NCBI GenBank assembly: GCA_951406725.2
Contig: OX597817.1
Coordinates: 248,001-312,000 of the forward strand
Origin: Octopus vulgaris
Lineage: Eukaryota
Direction of reading: 5' to 3'
DNA: 64,000 bases
The number at the start of each line of letters is the position of its first letter. Position 1 is the stretch's first letter. The notes below the pieces were generated by a model, which was not told the origin of the DNA, did no database searches, and saw nothing but the letters and a program-made list of their open reading frames with translations. Position numbers and translations under genes: made by a program. This document shows positions 29,764 through 44,510 of the stretch, piece after piece.

Positions 29764-32700
29764 AAAACACTCAGTAACAGGACAAAGATCCCGTTCCTGA
29801 GAGACTTTGTTGCATGCAATCAAGCCTTATGCATAGCACTTACAGAAACGCACCTGAAACCGGACATAGCAGATGCGGAGTTACACATACCACAGTATGC
29901 TGTACTACGGACCGACAGGAAAGAAAGGAGTCATGGAGGTGTTGCTATGTACATCCGTGAGGACCTCACACCCCAGGTCCTCTTGTCATACTCAAACTCG
30001 GTGTGTGACACACTAATTGTACATATTAGGCAACTTGATGTAGTTGTGTGTGCAACATATCGCCCTCCAGATGCCCCAAGCCATGTGGGCAAGTTTGAAG
30101 ACTGCCTTATAAAAATAGAAGAAATTCTAACCACATTAGAACAACACATAAGTGTACTTCTTATGGGAGACTTCAATCTACCCAATGTCAGATGGCCCGA
30201 GGGCCTTTCTCTCCCAGGAATGACAAGATGTGAACGAGGACAGGCGAGGTCCCTCCTGAACCTCATCAACACCCTGTACATGGAGCAGGTAATACTCCAA
30301 CCAACCAGGGCAGGTAACACACTGGATCTCTGCTTCACAAATGACATGGATCTCATCCATAATGTGAAAGTGACACCGACACTACTCTCGGATCACAACA
30401 TGATAGAGCTGACCATGTACGGGCCAAAAGAGAGCACGGACATACAGCCTACAAGAAACCTCAAAATCTTTCCAGCTTGAACTACCATAAGGCAAACTGG
30501 AAACAAATTGAGAAAGAGATCCTCAAACAAAACTGGCCTAAATGTCTCTCCTCGCCAGACATCGACGTGAAACTTCAACAATTCATGTCTGTAATGCAAG
30601 CCATATGCTACAAATGTGTCCCAGAGAGAAAGGCCACTGTACACAAGAACAAAATCCCCAGAGAGAGGAAAATTTTAATGAGACGGCGTACGAAATTTTC
30701 AAATCGCCTAAACAAACAGATTGAAAGCAGTGAAAAGTCCCGCCTAAAAATAAAACTGTTGGAAATCGAAAAATGTCTGCAACTCTCCCATGAAAAAGAA
30801 AGAGCAGACAAAGAAGCCTGGGCTATAGAAAACAAAAATCTAACCCCAGAGCTTTCTACAGGTATGCCAAAGAAACAGCTACAGTGCACTGTAGAATAGG
30901 GCCACTCCTCGAAAAGGATGGCACACTTACAGGAAAACCAATGAGGGTAAGTGAAATACTGAATGAGCAATTCAAGAGTGTTTTCACTCCACCCCTTGGG
31001 CATCTCCAAATCACCAATCCAACTGACTTTTTTACCACTGCAGATATAAAATCAGAGGCGGCGACGATAGATTACATCGATATAAAGGAAGACGATGTAA
31101 CCAAGGCTATAGATGAAATGAAAACAGACTCAGCTACTGGCCCCGATGGATTCCCGGCAATCCTCCTAAAAGCATGTAAGAGAGTCCTAGCAAGACCACT
31201 GCAGTTCCTCTTTCAGAGCTTCCTTGCAGCTGGCAAACTTCCAGGAAAACTGAAGGAAGGTAAAATATGCCCCATTCATAAAGGAGGTAGCAGAGCGGAA
31301 GCCAAGAACTATAGACCTATCTCTCTGACCTCACACATCAGCAAGGTCATGGAACGAATAGTCAGAAGGAAGCTGATCACCTTCCTTGAAGAGAATGACT
31401 TGCTGCCCGACACCCAACATGGTTTCCGACCAGGGAGAAGCTGTTTAACTCAGCTCCTACAACACTATGACTGGGTGCTGAAACGGCTGCTCAACCACTC
31501 AAATGTGGAAGTGATATATCTCGACTTTGCAAAGGCCTTTGATAAAGTCGATCATGGAATGATATGTCACAAACTGCGTGATCTCAACATAGTTGGAAAA
31601 CTGGGAGAATGGCTTCATGACTTTCTGAAGGATAGAAGTCAGGTGGTAGTAGCCAATGGGGCCACCTCCATTAACACACAAATAGTGAGCGGTGTTCCGC
31701 AGGGCACTGTTCTGGGACCACTACTGTTCATAATGGCCCTCTCAGACATGCCCTCAGCCACGCAGAGAGCCACGATCACAAGTTATGCAGATGATACAAA
31801 AGTTTCACGGGCAATACAGAACCCTGAGGACACTAAACACCTGCAATGTGAGCTGGACGAAATATACAAGTGGGCTGAAAAGAATAGCATGCAGTTCAAT
31901 GCTGGAAAGTTTCAAGCTTTATACTATCAGCATGCAAAACTGAATGCAATACCCAATGAATACACTGGACCCGGAGGGATTGCAATCCCAGAGGCACAAT
32001 CAGTGCGTGACCTGGGTATTCACATGAGTGATGACGCGACCTTTCATGTACATGTTGCTAAACTGACAATGAAATGTAGACGGCTGGCTGGATGGATTCT
32101 TAGAACCTTTAGAACAAGAGAACAAGAAACCATGATGGTCCTCTGGAAGACACTTGTCCTAAGCCACTTTGACTATTGCTCTCAGCTATGGTCACCATCC
32201 AGTGTCAAGTTGATCACAGAACTTGAGGCGATCCAACGAAGCTACACAAAGAAGATAGCCTCTATGCAGAATGTAAGCTACTGGGAAAGACTCAAGAGAT
32301 TAAAATTATATTCCCTGGAGCGTAGGCGGGAAAGATATGCCATAATATACATCTGGAAGATCCTGGAGGGAAGTGTCCTGAACTTTGGCATCGAGAGTTA
32401 CGCAAATGCCAGAACTGGGCGCCACTGCGTGGTGCCTAGGACTCCAAACCTGCCATCAAGATGTAGGACAAGATTCTGTGATAGCCTGGGCTTCCGAGGC
32501 CCACAGCTCTTCAATATCCTCCCGAAGAACCTGAGAGACCTGCATGGGGTGGATACAGATGTCTTTAAAATGAAGCTGGATCTCTTCCTGTCAGGTGTCC
32601 CAGATGAACCAACTTCACGGCAGGAGGGGCAGATGAGGGCAGCTGCATCGAACTCTCTCATGCACCAAATAGCAGTTGCTAGAAAGCCTCCATGAAGTGA

Positions 32701-32787
32701 AACCAAGTAGCAACACCAAATGGCGGTGCCCCAGCATGGCCACAGCTCATAAGCTGAAACTAGAATCAATCAATCAATCAATCAATC
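29764..32787 (+). mobile_element. CR1-like LINE copy 2, 5'-truncated at the start of ORF2, with (AATC)n tail
   Basis: ORFs 29947-30480, 30477-30899 and 30884-32695 are highly similar to copy 1. Two -1 frameshifts. Confidence 0.93.
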
Positions 32788-33303
32788 AAAATAAAAAAAA
32801 TATATAAAAAAAATAAAAAAATTAAAAAATTAAAAAATATATAAAAAAATATATAAAAATATATATAAAATATATATATAAAAAAAAAAAAAAAAAGGGA
32901 ATAGAGGTTTAGGTAAATAAGGAGATTCTCACTTATACCTATGCACATATGTATACATATATACACACACATACAAACATATATACACATACATACGCAC
33001 ATACGTACACACACACACATATATACATATATATATATATACACTTACACATACATATACATATCTACACATACACATATATGTATACATACACACACTC
33101 ACATGCATACACGTATACACACATGTATATATACACACACGACCACACATACATATACACACAGAAAAATATATATACACATACACACACAAACTCACAT
33201 ACACGCATACACACACATATCCACACACACACATGCACACACAGCACACTAGTCCCTATATACACATATATACACATACACACACATATACGCACACATA
33301 CAT

Positions 33304-33343
<40 letters not shown>

Positions 33344-33629
33344 GTGTACCTATGCATACCTACACATACACACATATATGTATGTGTATATGTATGTGTG
33401 TATGTATGTGTATGTATGTATAAAATATTATATAATTAGGGCTTAGTAAAATAAATTACTTTGCCACATACTGAACTTTCTAGAAATAGCAGCCAAAAAA
33501 GTTTTTTAGCCTCTTCCACTACTTAGAGAATATTTTCCCTCGGACATTATCTACTCAAAAAAATAATGGTCCTTTTACATACTGAATACTTGGTGAAATT
33601 GATTAATAACTAATTAACCTTACCCTCAA

Positions 33630-33704
33630 TTGTTGATATATGTATGTGTGTGTATATATGTGTATGTATATGTATATGTACATGTATGTATATGTGTATG
33701 TATG

Positions 33705-33795
<91 letters not shown>

Positions 33796-34014
33796 ATATG
33801 TGTATTGTGTATATATTTATATATATATATGTATATGTATATGTATGTGTGTGTGTATATGTATATATGTGTATATATATGAGTGTACGCGAGTATGTCG
33901 ATGTATATGTAGGTATGTAGAGTTATGTGTATGTGCATGTATGTGAGTGTAGATACAAATTGTAGATGTGTATATGTATGTGTGTGTATATATACATGTA
34001 TATAGGTATATGTA

Positions 34015-34056
<42 letters not shown>

Positions 34057-34294
34057 CGAGTATGTAGAGATATAAGTATGTGCATGTGTATATATGTGTG
34101 TATATATATGTATAGGTATGTGTATGTGTATGTATGTATATATATATGTGTGTGTAAGTATGCATATATGTATGTATGTATGTATGTATATGTGTATGTA
34201 TATATATATGTGTGTAAGTGTGTGTATATATGTATATGTAAGTGTGTGTGCGTGTATGTGTATGTATGTATGTTTGCACACATGTATATGTGTG

Positions 34295-34344
<50 letters not shown>

Positions 34345-34345
34345 G

Positions 34346-34382
<37 letters not shown>

Positions 34383-34607
34383 GTGTGTATGTGTATGTAT
34401 GTATGTATGTATATATATGCGTGTGTATGTGTATGTGTATATGTACATATACGTGTACGCTCGTGTGTTTATGTATATGTAGGTACGTAGAGTTATCTAT
34501 GTGTGTATGTATTTGTACATGTGTGTAAGTATGTATATATATATATGTGTGTATATATGTGTGTGTGTATATATATATATATATGTATATGTATATATAT
34601 GTGTGTA

Positions 34608-34670
<63 letters not shown>

Positions 34671-35038
34671 AAGTTTATATGTATGTATCCGTCTATATAA
34701 TAGGTAACTGCACGTACATATACTTAATATTTATTATTTATTTTTTGAGTATGCATGTATGAATAACTGCGCGTATATATATTTTACTATTTACTTATTT
34801 TTTGAGTATGCATGTAAGTATGAATATAAGGAGGCACGTGTGTGTGTGTGTATGTGTAAGCATAGAGATATATGTATACTTTTACGCATGTGTGTACTTA
34901 TGTGTATATATGGATGCGCGTGTGTGTGCGTGTGTATGGGTACGCATGTACATGTGTATGTGCGTGTACGTGTATATGAGTATGTATGTATGTGTGTGCG
35001 TATATTTGTATATGTATGTATGTATATGTATGTGTGTG

Positions 35039-35087
<49 letters not shown>

Positions 35088-35460
35088 ATATGTATGTATG
35101 TATATGTATATGCGTATGTGTATGTATTTGTATGTGTATGCATGCGTATATATATGTACGTATATGTATACGTGTGGGTGTGTGTATGTGTATAAATGTA
35201 TGTATGTATGGATGTATGGATGTATGTATGTATGTATACGTATGTATGTGTATGTGTGTATATGTATGTATGTGTATGTGTGTATATATATATATGTATA
35301 TATATATATGTATATATGTATATATATATATATGTATATATATATGTATGTATATATATGTGAATATGTGTATATATATATATATATATACATGTATGTA
35401 TTTGTATGTAGGTGTATATGTATGTGTGTGTATTTATATTTATTGGTGTATATGTATAGA
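33630..35460. repeat. Long cryptic (TA/TG)n microsatellite
   Basis: Read directly. Confidence 0.9.
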
Positions 35461-36334
35461 CTAGCCTTCTAAGAGTGTAGACATGAATCTGTAGGTACGA
35501 GTACGTATGTGTATATACGTGAATGTATGTAGATGTATGTATGTATGAATATAACGCGTGCGTGCGTGTATGTATATGAGTGTACGTGCTAAAGAGTGTG
35601 CGTGAGTAAATGAGTGCTTGTTTTCCAGTAGACAGATAAATGGACTGGCTGTCATAGCCAAGATGTTTGTGACCAGCGATCAAAGATAACAAAAGTAATA
35701 AATGAAGATAATAAAATTAAAATTAGGGAATGGGTCTGTATTTGTATGTGTATATATATGTGTGTATGTGTAGGTATGCATAGGTACACATATGTATATA
35801 TATATATGTATGTGTATGTATGTGTGCGTATATGTGTGTGTATGTGTATATATGTGTATATATACATGTGTGTATACGTGTATGCATGTGAGTGTGTGTA
35901 TGTATACATATATGTGTATGTGTAGATATGTATATGTATGTGTAAGTGTATATATATGTATATATGTGTGTGTGTACGTATGTGTGTATGTATATGTATA
36001 TATGTTTGTATGTGTGTGTATATATGTATACATATGTGCATAGGTATAAGTGAGAATCTCCTTATTTACCTAAAACTCTATTCCCTTTTTTTTTTTATAT
36101 ATATATTTTTTTATATATTTTTTTATTTTTTAATTTTTTTATTTTTTTTATATATTTTTTTTATATTTTTTTTATATATTTTTTTTATTTATTCTTCTAT
36201 CTAATTTAACACTGACTCCTTGACCACTCCCCCAAGTATGATATTTTGCGCTATGCCTACCCCCAAAAAGTCCCCCACCAACACCCCTTTAAACCTGCCT
36301 AAATGTATAAATGCCAATACAATTCTTGTTAACT

Positions 36335-36385
36335 AGCTTCCTGAAGATTTCTCTTGAATGAAACAGTTCTAGTCCTGTAGAAGCT
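36335..36385 (+). ncRNA. Type I hammerhead ribozyme, right arm
   Basis: agcuuc CUGAAGA uuuc-ucuu-gaau GAAA cag uucuaguc cu GUA gaagcu. Differs from 18858 only in the stem II loop. Confidence 0.85.
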
Positions 36386-36497
36386 CCTTCTATATAATAA
36401 ATTAATTTTACTCTACTATGTATTGAGTACCTTATTTACTGTAGTTAACCCCGAATCAACCCGGGACCTACATATATATATATATATATATATATAT

Positions 36498-36877
36498 CAT
36501 CATCATCATCACCATTTAGCGTCCGCTTTCCATGCTAGCATGGGTTGGACGGTTCAACTGGGGTCTGTGAAGCCAGAAGGCTGCATCAGGCCCAGTCTGA
36601 TCTGGCAGTGTTTCTACGGCTGGATGCCCTTCCTAACGCCAACCACTCCATGAGTGTAGTAGGTGCTTTTTACGTGCCACCCGCACTGGTACCAGACGGA
36701 GCTGGCAAACGACCACGAACGGATGGTGCTTTTACGTGTCACCGGCACGGGGGCCAGGTGAGGCTGGCAACGGACACGAACGGATGGTGCTTTTTACGTG
36801 CCACCGGCACGAGGCCAGTCGGGGCGGCGCTGGCTACGGTCACGAACGGATGGTTCTCTTACGTGCCACCGGCACTA
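36498..36877 (-). mobile_element. SINE-like repeat with (TGA)n tail and internal ~55 bp tandem units
   Basis: Minus strand GGCGTTAGGAAGGGCATCCAGC..AACCCATGCTAGCATGGAAAGCGGACG..(TGA)n. Unit ggtgctttttacgtgccaccggcac occurs four times. Second copy at 58311-58680. Confidence 0.7.
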
Positions 36878-36879
36878 GA

Positions 36880-37100
<221 letters not shown>

Positions 37101-38089
37101 CATACCATGCTCATATATCTTTATATTTGTAGTACAATCAGAATTACAGACACCACAACAACAAAAACAAGCTGATTCTAAGAAATCTACTTGTAATTCT
37201 GAATAACTTTAATTGGCAAGTGAGAAATGGGTCAAGTCATGCATTTGAGGAATACTGCACCCTGAATGACCCCCAACCTAACGACACACAGAAAAGCACA
37301 TTATTCTCATGTAACCCGATAAGAGGATGTCTGTAGATATTCCGGCGTGCCATGTGTGTATGTTGTAGTTAGATATATGCGTGTGTATGTTGTAGTTTGT
37401 ATGTTGATGGGTTTATGTATGTGTGTGCTATAGTGTGCATGTATATGTATGTGTGTGTGTTACCCAGTTTAGATAAAATTCAGCAAGTTTAAATTGCGTC
37501 ATTCAGTCTATTTCCATGGCAACAATGTTCTATGTTTCTCAACAAATTTATTTTCATTTTTTTTTTGTCTAATTCCTGTTTCTAAAGTAAAATGGCCAAT
37601 CAGAACCTGAAATGATCGTGTACTTTTGCTTGCTAATGATGAAAATCGAGTTTACATTTTCTAAGAATTTCAAGCAATTAAATTTCAGATATTTTAGCCA
37701 ATTAGAAACTCGATTTCCGATCTTGTTTGCCTTCAAGCGTCGAGCTGACGAAATTGTTTGGACGCCTAGAAAAATGCTTAGCGGCATTTTGTCCGTTTCA
37801 GAGTTCTGTCTTGAAATTCCGCCTAGGTTGAATATGCCTTTCATTGTTTTAGGTGTCACCAAATTAAGTACCAGTTCAATAATGAGATCGATGTAGTAGA
37901 ATTAACCACTGCCCCAAATTTCTGGACTAGTGCCAAATCTTGAAAGCAATAACAATAGGCACAAGGCCTGAAATTTTGGGGGCATGGGTCCGTCGATTAC
38001 TTCGACGCCACAACTTGACTGGTACTTAATGTATCATCCCCGGAAGGATGAAGAGCAACGTCGACCCTGGCGGTATTTATATATATATA

Positions 38090-38305
38090 GGCGGCGAGCT
38101 GGCTGAAACGTTAGCACACCGGGCGAAATGCTCAGAGGTATTTCGTCTGCCACTACGTTCTGAGTTCAAATTCCGCCGAGGTCGACTTTGCCTTTCATCC
38201 TTTCGGGGTCGATAAATTAAGTAGCAGTTACGCACTGGGGTCGATGTAATCGACTTAATCTGTTTGTCCCTTCTGTGTTTAGCCCCTTGTGGGTAGTAAA
38301 GAAAT
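38090..38305 (+). mobile_element. SINE family B
   Basis: GGCGGCGAGCTGGC..GAGTTCAAATTCC..GTCGACTTTGCCTTTCATCC..CCCCTTGTGGG. Diverged copies nearby at 37736-38075. Confidence 0.85.
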
Positions 38306-38308
38306 AGG

Positions 38309-38354
<46 letters not shown>

Positions 38355-38356
<2 letters not shown>

Positions 38357-38520
38357 CGACAGGCTTCATTCAGTTTCCGTCTACCAAATCCACTCACAAG
38401 GCATTGGTCGGCCCGAGGCTATAGCAGAAGACGCTTGCCCAAGATGCCACGCAGTGGGACTGAACCCGGGACCATATGGTTGGTAAGCAAGCTACTTACC
38501 ACACAGCCACTCCTGCGCCT
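38355..38520 (-). mobile_element. SINE family A head
   Basis: Matches 12205-12350. Confidence 0.85.
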
Positions 38521-38579
38521 GTATGTATGTATGTATGTATGTATGTATGTATGTATGTATGTATGTATGTATGTACTAA

Positions 38580-38920
38580 AGCCAGCTGGGAATGAAGTAG
38601 GGATATTTCCAGAGAAGCACTCAATCCGAATACTGCCGGCATCAAATACTCTTCTACGAATTGTTCTTTGGTTAGGAACCTTTCTGGCTGACTGGCTACA
38701 ATGATAGCGTCATCCATTCGCTTGGTAGAGATTTGGGGGCGATCTCTACGCATATCAAATCCATATTTTCCAATGGGTTTCGAGTTGTTTATTGACTTTC
38801 AAACAGTTCTCTGTGTCAGTTTTAATCTTTCACCAATTTGTCGAGTGCTGCATACTTCTTCGTACAGAATATTCATTTCAGCATTAGTTCACGACGAAAA
38901 TCTTTGACTAGCTTTTCTTT
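38580..38920 (-). mobile_element. Tc1/mariner-like transposase N-terminal HTH relic
   Basis: EEVCSTRQIGERLKLTQRTV*KSI..G..DMRRDRPQISTKRMDDAII resembles the Tc1 HTH plus GRP linker. Confidence 0.5.
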
Positions 38921-39140
38921 ACAACGACAGGAAGATGACTAACAAGAAGGAAGAATATGTGTTAGTGACAACCTATCAGAGATTGGATCGGTCAATCAGA
39001 AAACTTCAACAAATCAAGGCTCAAGCAGAAATCATGATCATACTGACGGATAAAAGAGATTTGAAGCATCGACTAATGATTAGATATAGCATCATTTGGG
39101 TGGATTGTTGTTTATAAGTCCGTGAGTCGTCCATTCCGGC

Positions 39141-39204
<64 letters not shown>

Positions 39205-39344
39205 CGTGCAGTTAGTGTTTATACCTTGTTCAGAGATTTATTGTTGCTTATATACACTTTTTAAAAATCAGTGATGAAAAGTTACTGGAAAAAGGATATA
39301 AATATTTGCATTGGGACTCCTTTCATCGAAAACCGGTGATTGTA

Positions 39345-39387
39345 GTGCGCTGATGACGGGTCAAAACCCAGAAACTGCAGTCCGTGC
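39345..39387 (+). ncRNA. Minimal type I hammerhead ribozyme in an ~400 bp terminally redundant unit
   Basis: gugcg CUGAUGA c-gggu-caaa-accc-a GAAA cugca GUC cgugc. Palindromic stem III ACUGCAGU. Confidence 0.85.
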
Positions 39388-39597
39388 GTATCACTTAGGT
39401 TAACGAGAGAAGGATGACCGCCCTACGCAAATACTGATAGGGCACAGAAAGTGTATAGCCAGCTGGAGGAGATGTTCTGCTGGGGCTACAAGCTACAGTA
39501 ACACCCACCCTTAGTGGTTAGCCATATTGAGATGGCAAATATACCCCACATTGTCGTGTAGTTACTGTTTATACCACGTTCAGAGATATATTGTTGC

Positions 39598-39645
<48 letters not shown>

Positions 39646-39704
39646 ATAAATATATATATATATAAATATATACGTATGTATATATACACATACATATATA
39701 CATA

Positions 39705-41570
39705 CAAAGATCACACCTCCTCTTCACCTTAGATATAAAATCCCTGTATACGGTAATTCCCCACAACGACGGTCTCTTAGCCCTCCAACACTTCCTCGAC
39801 CGTCGTCCCGACCCCACCCCCAGCAGCCCCACCCTCTCCGCCTGGTAGAGATCGTCCTCACCCTCAACTGTTTTACGTTCGCCGGGGAAACGTACCAATA
39901 GATGTCCAGGGTCGCGATGGGAACGAGAATGGGCCCCAATTTCGCCAATCTCTTTGTTGGCTACATTGAGGCCGAAGTATTCTCCCAATTCTCCGGGCCG
40001 ACTCCAGAACTATACGGTCGCTACATAGACGACTGCATAGGCGCCACCTCCCTTTCCCGCGAACAACTCTGCCACTTCATCTCTTTCCTTTCCAGCTTCC
40101 ACCCCTCTCTACAATTCACTTCCACCATCTCCAATACCTCTGTCAACTTCCTTGATATCTCTCTCAGCATCGACCACCCCTCCCACTCTCTCACCACCTC
40201 CGCCTTCTTCAAACCCACGGATTCCCACCTCTATCTCAACTTCTCCTCCTCCCATCCCTTCCATACCAAACGGGCCATCCCCTACTCCCAGTTCCTCCGC
40301 CTCCGATGCTTATGCAGCCGCGACCAGGATTTCGAGACCCAGTCTCAATACCTGGCCCGCCTGTTCAGGCATCGAGGATACCCACCTACACTGGTCTTGA
40401 ACGCCCTCGCCCGCGCCCGTCGAATCGACCGCACCACCGCCCTTTCTCCTTCCTCTCACCCACCCCCTTTCCCCTCTTTTTCCACCCCTCTACTCTACCC
40501 CTTCGTCGGAAGATACTACGTGCCTTCCGTCGCCTCCAGCTCGATCCCACGACCCGCCCCATTTTCCCCAACCCACCCCTGTCCTCCTTCAAACGAGCCC
40601 GGAATCTACGCGACTTCCTGGTCCGTAGCACCCTCTCTTCTTCCCCCTCAGCCCCACACGGATCCTTCCGGTGCTCCAGATCCCGCTGCAACACCTGCCC
40701 CTTCATCACCAACACCACCGCTGTCACCGGTTCCAACCAGCGAACTGTACGTATCAGACATTCTTTTACGTGTACTTCGTCTGGTCTCATAAACTGCATT
40801 AAATGCAACCTCTGCGGAATGCTGTATATAGGACAGATGGGACGCCGGTTGTCAGACCGATTCGCCGAACATCTAAGGGGTATTCATCTACGGTCCAATT
40901 CTTCCGTCGCACGTCACTTCCGCTCGGCCAGCCATTCCCCCGATGACATCTCTGTGTTTGGTCTCGCCTCACACAACAGTCCTCCACAATCCAGGCTTCA
41001 CTTGGAGCAACGTTTCATTTTCACTCTACAAACCAATACCCCACACGGACTCAACACAGCCCCCACCTCTTAGTGACTACACTCCACCTCTCCCCTTCTT
41101 TTTTTTATTGTCCTTATACAGAAACACACACACACATACTCACGTATCCACGAACACACCTACTTCCAACACACCACACACATACAACCTACATGCACAT
41201 GTACGCACACATACTTCCACACCTATACACACACCCACACACCCCCACGCGCACACACACCAACAAACAATAGTCATACAGATACGCACACTCTTATAAA
41301 CACCTAGCAGAGACACGCTCACATACACGCACGTAAGCGCACACAAGCACGCGCATGTATATTACGCCCACACAACTCCAGAAGAAACCCCACACACACA
41401 CGCATATATTCACACACACACACACATACATACGTACACACACATACATACATACATAATACATACGTACATACATACACACACACACAAACATACACAT
41501 ACACACATACATACATACACACATACATACACACATACATACATACACACACATACACACACATACATAC

Positions 41571-41603
<33 letters not shown>

Positions 41604-41616
41604 TACACGCATGCAC

Positions 41617-41665
<49 letters not shown>

Positions 41666-42960
41666 TACATACATACATACACACACATACATACATACAT
41701 ACACACATACATGCATACACACACACATACGCACACAAACATACACACACATACATACATACATACATACATACATGCATATGGGGTTGGCTGTATTGCA
41801 GGCGTGCGTCAGTGTGTGTATGCGTGTGCCTGTGGATTCACATACACCCACACCAATTTTTTCCATCAACCTTACAATTATAAAGTGTATCCTTGCATAC
41901 ATACATATACACACATATAAACATATAAACACACATATAAACCCCTACATTTGTACACACACGCACATATATACATACATTCACTCCCACGCACGTACAC
42001 ACACATTTACATATATATACAATACACGCACACACACATACACACGTACAAATTCACATACACACCGACACATATACATACACACAATATTTACCTACAC
42101 GCGCACGCACACATACACATACGTACGCACATATAAGCACAGACACACAAAAACATGCGCACACATACGCACGCACACACGCAAAACTCACAACCCCACG
42201 GATACACGCATATACATCTATATACGCTTACACACACACACATACACAACTACACGCACATACATACATACGCACACACAAATGAACCCACACATACCTC
42301 CCATACAGACGGCACACAACTATACATACACGCACACAATTATACATACATATATATACACACACGCACACATACACTAAGTTAAGCACAGTTACTCGCC
42401 ACACACCCAAACTCTACGCATACACACATACACACTACAAACAAAACACACACGATACATATACATACATGCACACACACATACCTCTTTGTTTTTGACC
42501 TGACTGGACCCAAAAACACCACTCCTTAATTCTTACATACTGGCCTGCTACTATCCAGTTGTTCGCCATACACACATACACACACACACGTGTCATCATT
42601 GCACACATACACACACACACGCACACGCTGACCTCCCCGCACGCACACACCCACACACATTCCCCCTCTCACTTTCGTTACCATACTGTCTTTGATAAAC
42701 TCTCCTGTCTTTAAAAAACATTCTTCTACCTTACTACTTCCGTCTTTCATTGTCTGACCTGAGTACCACTGGCGATTTTTTCCTCTGTCTTCCCTTCTCT
42801 GGATCTTTCCTTCTCCTATGTTTCCGACGAAGAGCTCCGCTCGAAACGTTAAACCCTCCTTCTTCCCTTCTGTCCTGAGCGTCCAATAATACTTTATTTG
42901 TTCCACGTCCTTGCGTTGTTGTGTTTTTTTTTTTTGTTTTCTTGTTTGGATTTACTTTAT
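39705..42960 (+). mobile_element. Neptune-type Penelope-like element, 5'-truncated, frameshifted
   Basis: LDIKSLYTVIPH, VAMGTRMGPNFANLF, RYIDD, NFLDI, KPTDSH, CSRSRCNTC linker, CIKCNLCGMLYIGQ..RFAEH. (CA)-rich 3' region, then pLTR ending in (TA)n. Confidence 0.92.
42820..42854 (+). ncRNA. Variant minimal hammerhead (core CCGACGA) in Neptune pLTR
   Basis: guuu CCGACGA a-gagc-ucc-gcuc GAAA c GUU aaac. U4->C change, palindromic AACGUU. Confidence 0.55.
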
Positions 42961-43448
42961 ATATATACATACATATATATATTTCGGGGCGAATGGTTTT
43001 GTTATACGGTGCCGTTTTTACAACTCTGTAAATGATAATAATGCTGTTTCTATATAGTAAGCAAGATAAATGGAGGCATATTTACTGCATCCAAGGATAT
43101 TAATTAGCACTTTTCATTAATAAACATAAAATTGAAACATCATGTAAAATATTTCCGTTTTTTAGCTGAAGGCAGAGATTTATTGTCGACATTGCATAGA
43201 AGTATATGAATAAAACAAAGTTTTTTTTTCATTCCTGTAAAATTGACTTAGAAATTAAACATTTTCCTTCAAATATATAACTCCATCAGATATAATTAGG
43301 TATAATTTTCTTCTTTTAAATTTCCTCAGATATTTTAGTTCAACCTTTGTATTACTTCTTATAAAAATGCTGGACACATACATATAGTTATATAATGGTT
43401 TGAGAAAATAAACATAAATGTGAAAATAAGAGCATTTGTATGTACATA

Positions 43449-43490
<42 letters not shown>

Positions 43491-43861
43491 CAAATCATTT
43501 CCATTATAAAAACATGCTATGAATTAGTAATTATTGACTAATTAGAGTAGAAATATGTATATGACTTTTAAAAAAATATTGGTGTTTATATGCTTGATTA
43601 AACCCACCGAAGCTAAGCCCCAGCGTCGCCACAACTCAATGCTTTAAAAAATAAAACGCATGGCCCACATATCATATGCATAACTTCAAATTCTCTCCAC
43701 CACCAACACCGTTTAGTCTCTTAATCTCTCTCTCTCTGTAAACGACAAACCCACTTTTCAATTCTTATTCTCCTGTTTCTCCTTTACAAATCCACACTTT
43801 TATATAATCGTTTTTATTTCGTCATCTGGTAATTAGAGAGAAATCAAGTCTTTTCTTTTCT

Positions 43862-44030
43862 ACTCTAGGCACAAGGCCGAAAATTTGGGACGGGTTAGGG
43901 TTAGATCGATCCTAGTACGCAACTGGTACTTAATTTATCGACACCGAAATGCAAAGTCGACTTCGGCGGAATTTGAACTCAGAACGTGAAAATAGACGAA
44001 ATACTGGAAATACTGCTAAGCGTTTTGCAG
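43862..44030 (-). mobile_element. SINE family B-like, diverged
   Basis: gtcgacttcggcggaatttgaactcagaacgt. Confidence 0.7.
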
Positions 44031-44032
44031 AT

Positions 44033-44282
44033 TTTTAATATTCTCCCAAAGAGCCTGAGGAAGCTGCACAAAGTAGATGTAGGTGTTCTCAAATCAAAAC
44101 TAGACCATTTCCTGTAGAGATTCCCAGATAAACCTATCTCGCGTCAAGAGGTGCAAATGAGGGCAGAGACATCAAACTCCATTCTTCAGCAAGTTCCACA
44201 TACTAGAGGAGGCTCTCAGTAATAACAGTGTAGCTAAATGACTGTGCCACAGCATGGGCGCAGCTCTGAGCTGAAACTACAA
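44033..44282 (+). mobile_element. 3' stub of a diverged sibling of the CR1-like LINE
   Basis: FNILPKSLRKLHKVDV..IPDKPISRQEVQMRA and tail cagctctgagctgaaact. Confidence 0.85.
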
Positions 44283-44287
44283 TATAT

Positions 44288-44510
44288 AGCGGCGAGCTGG
44301 CAGAATCGTTATCATACCGAGCGAAATGCGTAGCAGTATTTCATCTGCCGTTACGTTCTGAGTTCAAATTCCGCCGAGGTCGACTTTGCCTTTCATCATT
44401 TCGGGGTCGATAAATTAAGTACCAGTTACGCACTGGGGTCGATGTAAACGGCTTAATTCGCTTGTCTGTCCTTGTTTGTCCTCTCTGTGTTTAGCTACTT
44501 GTGGCCTATT
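44288..44510 (+). mobile_element. SINE family B
   Basis: Matches 38090-38305. Confidence 0.85.

Larger units (their letters stand above)
29563..36472. mobile_element. ORF-less inverted PLE pLTR pair (same family as the 15274-18992 end) with nested LINE
   Basis: 29563-29763 plus 32788-33390 is the reverse complement of ~35745-36400. Right end aaccccgaatcaacccgggacctacatata matches 18970-18997. Confidence 0.8.

Noticed and set aside
36655-36877. Repeat-spacer-like array
   Set aside because: The spacers resemble each other and the array is internal to a dispersed SINE-like repeat also found at 58311.
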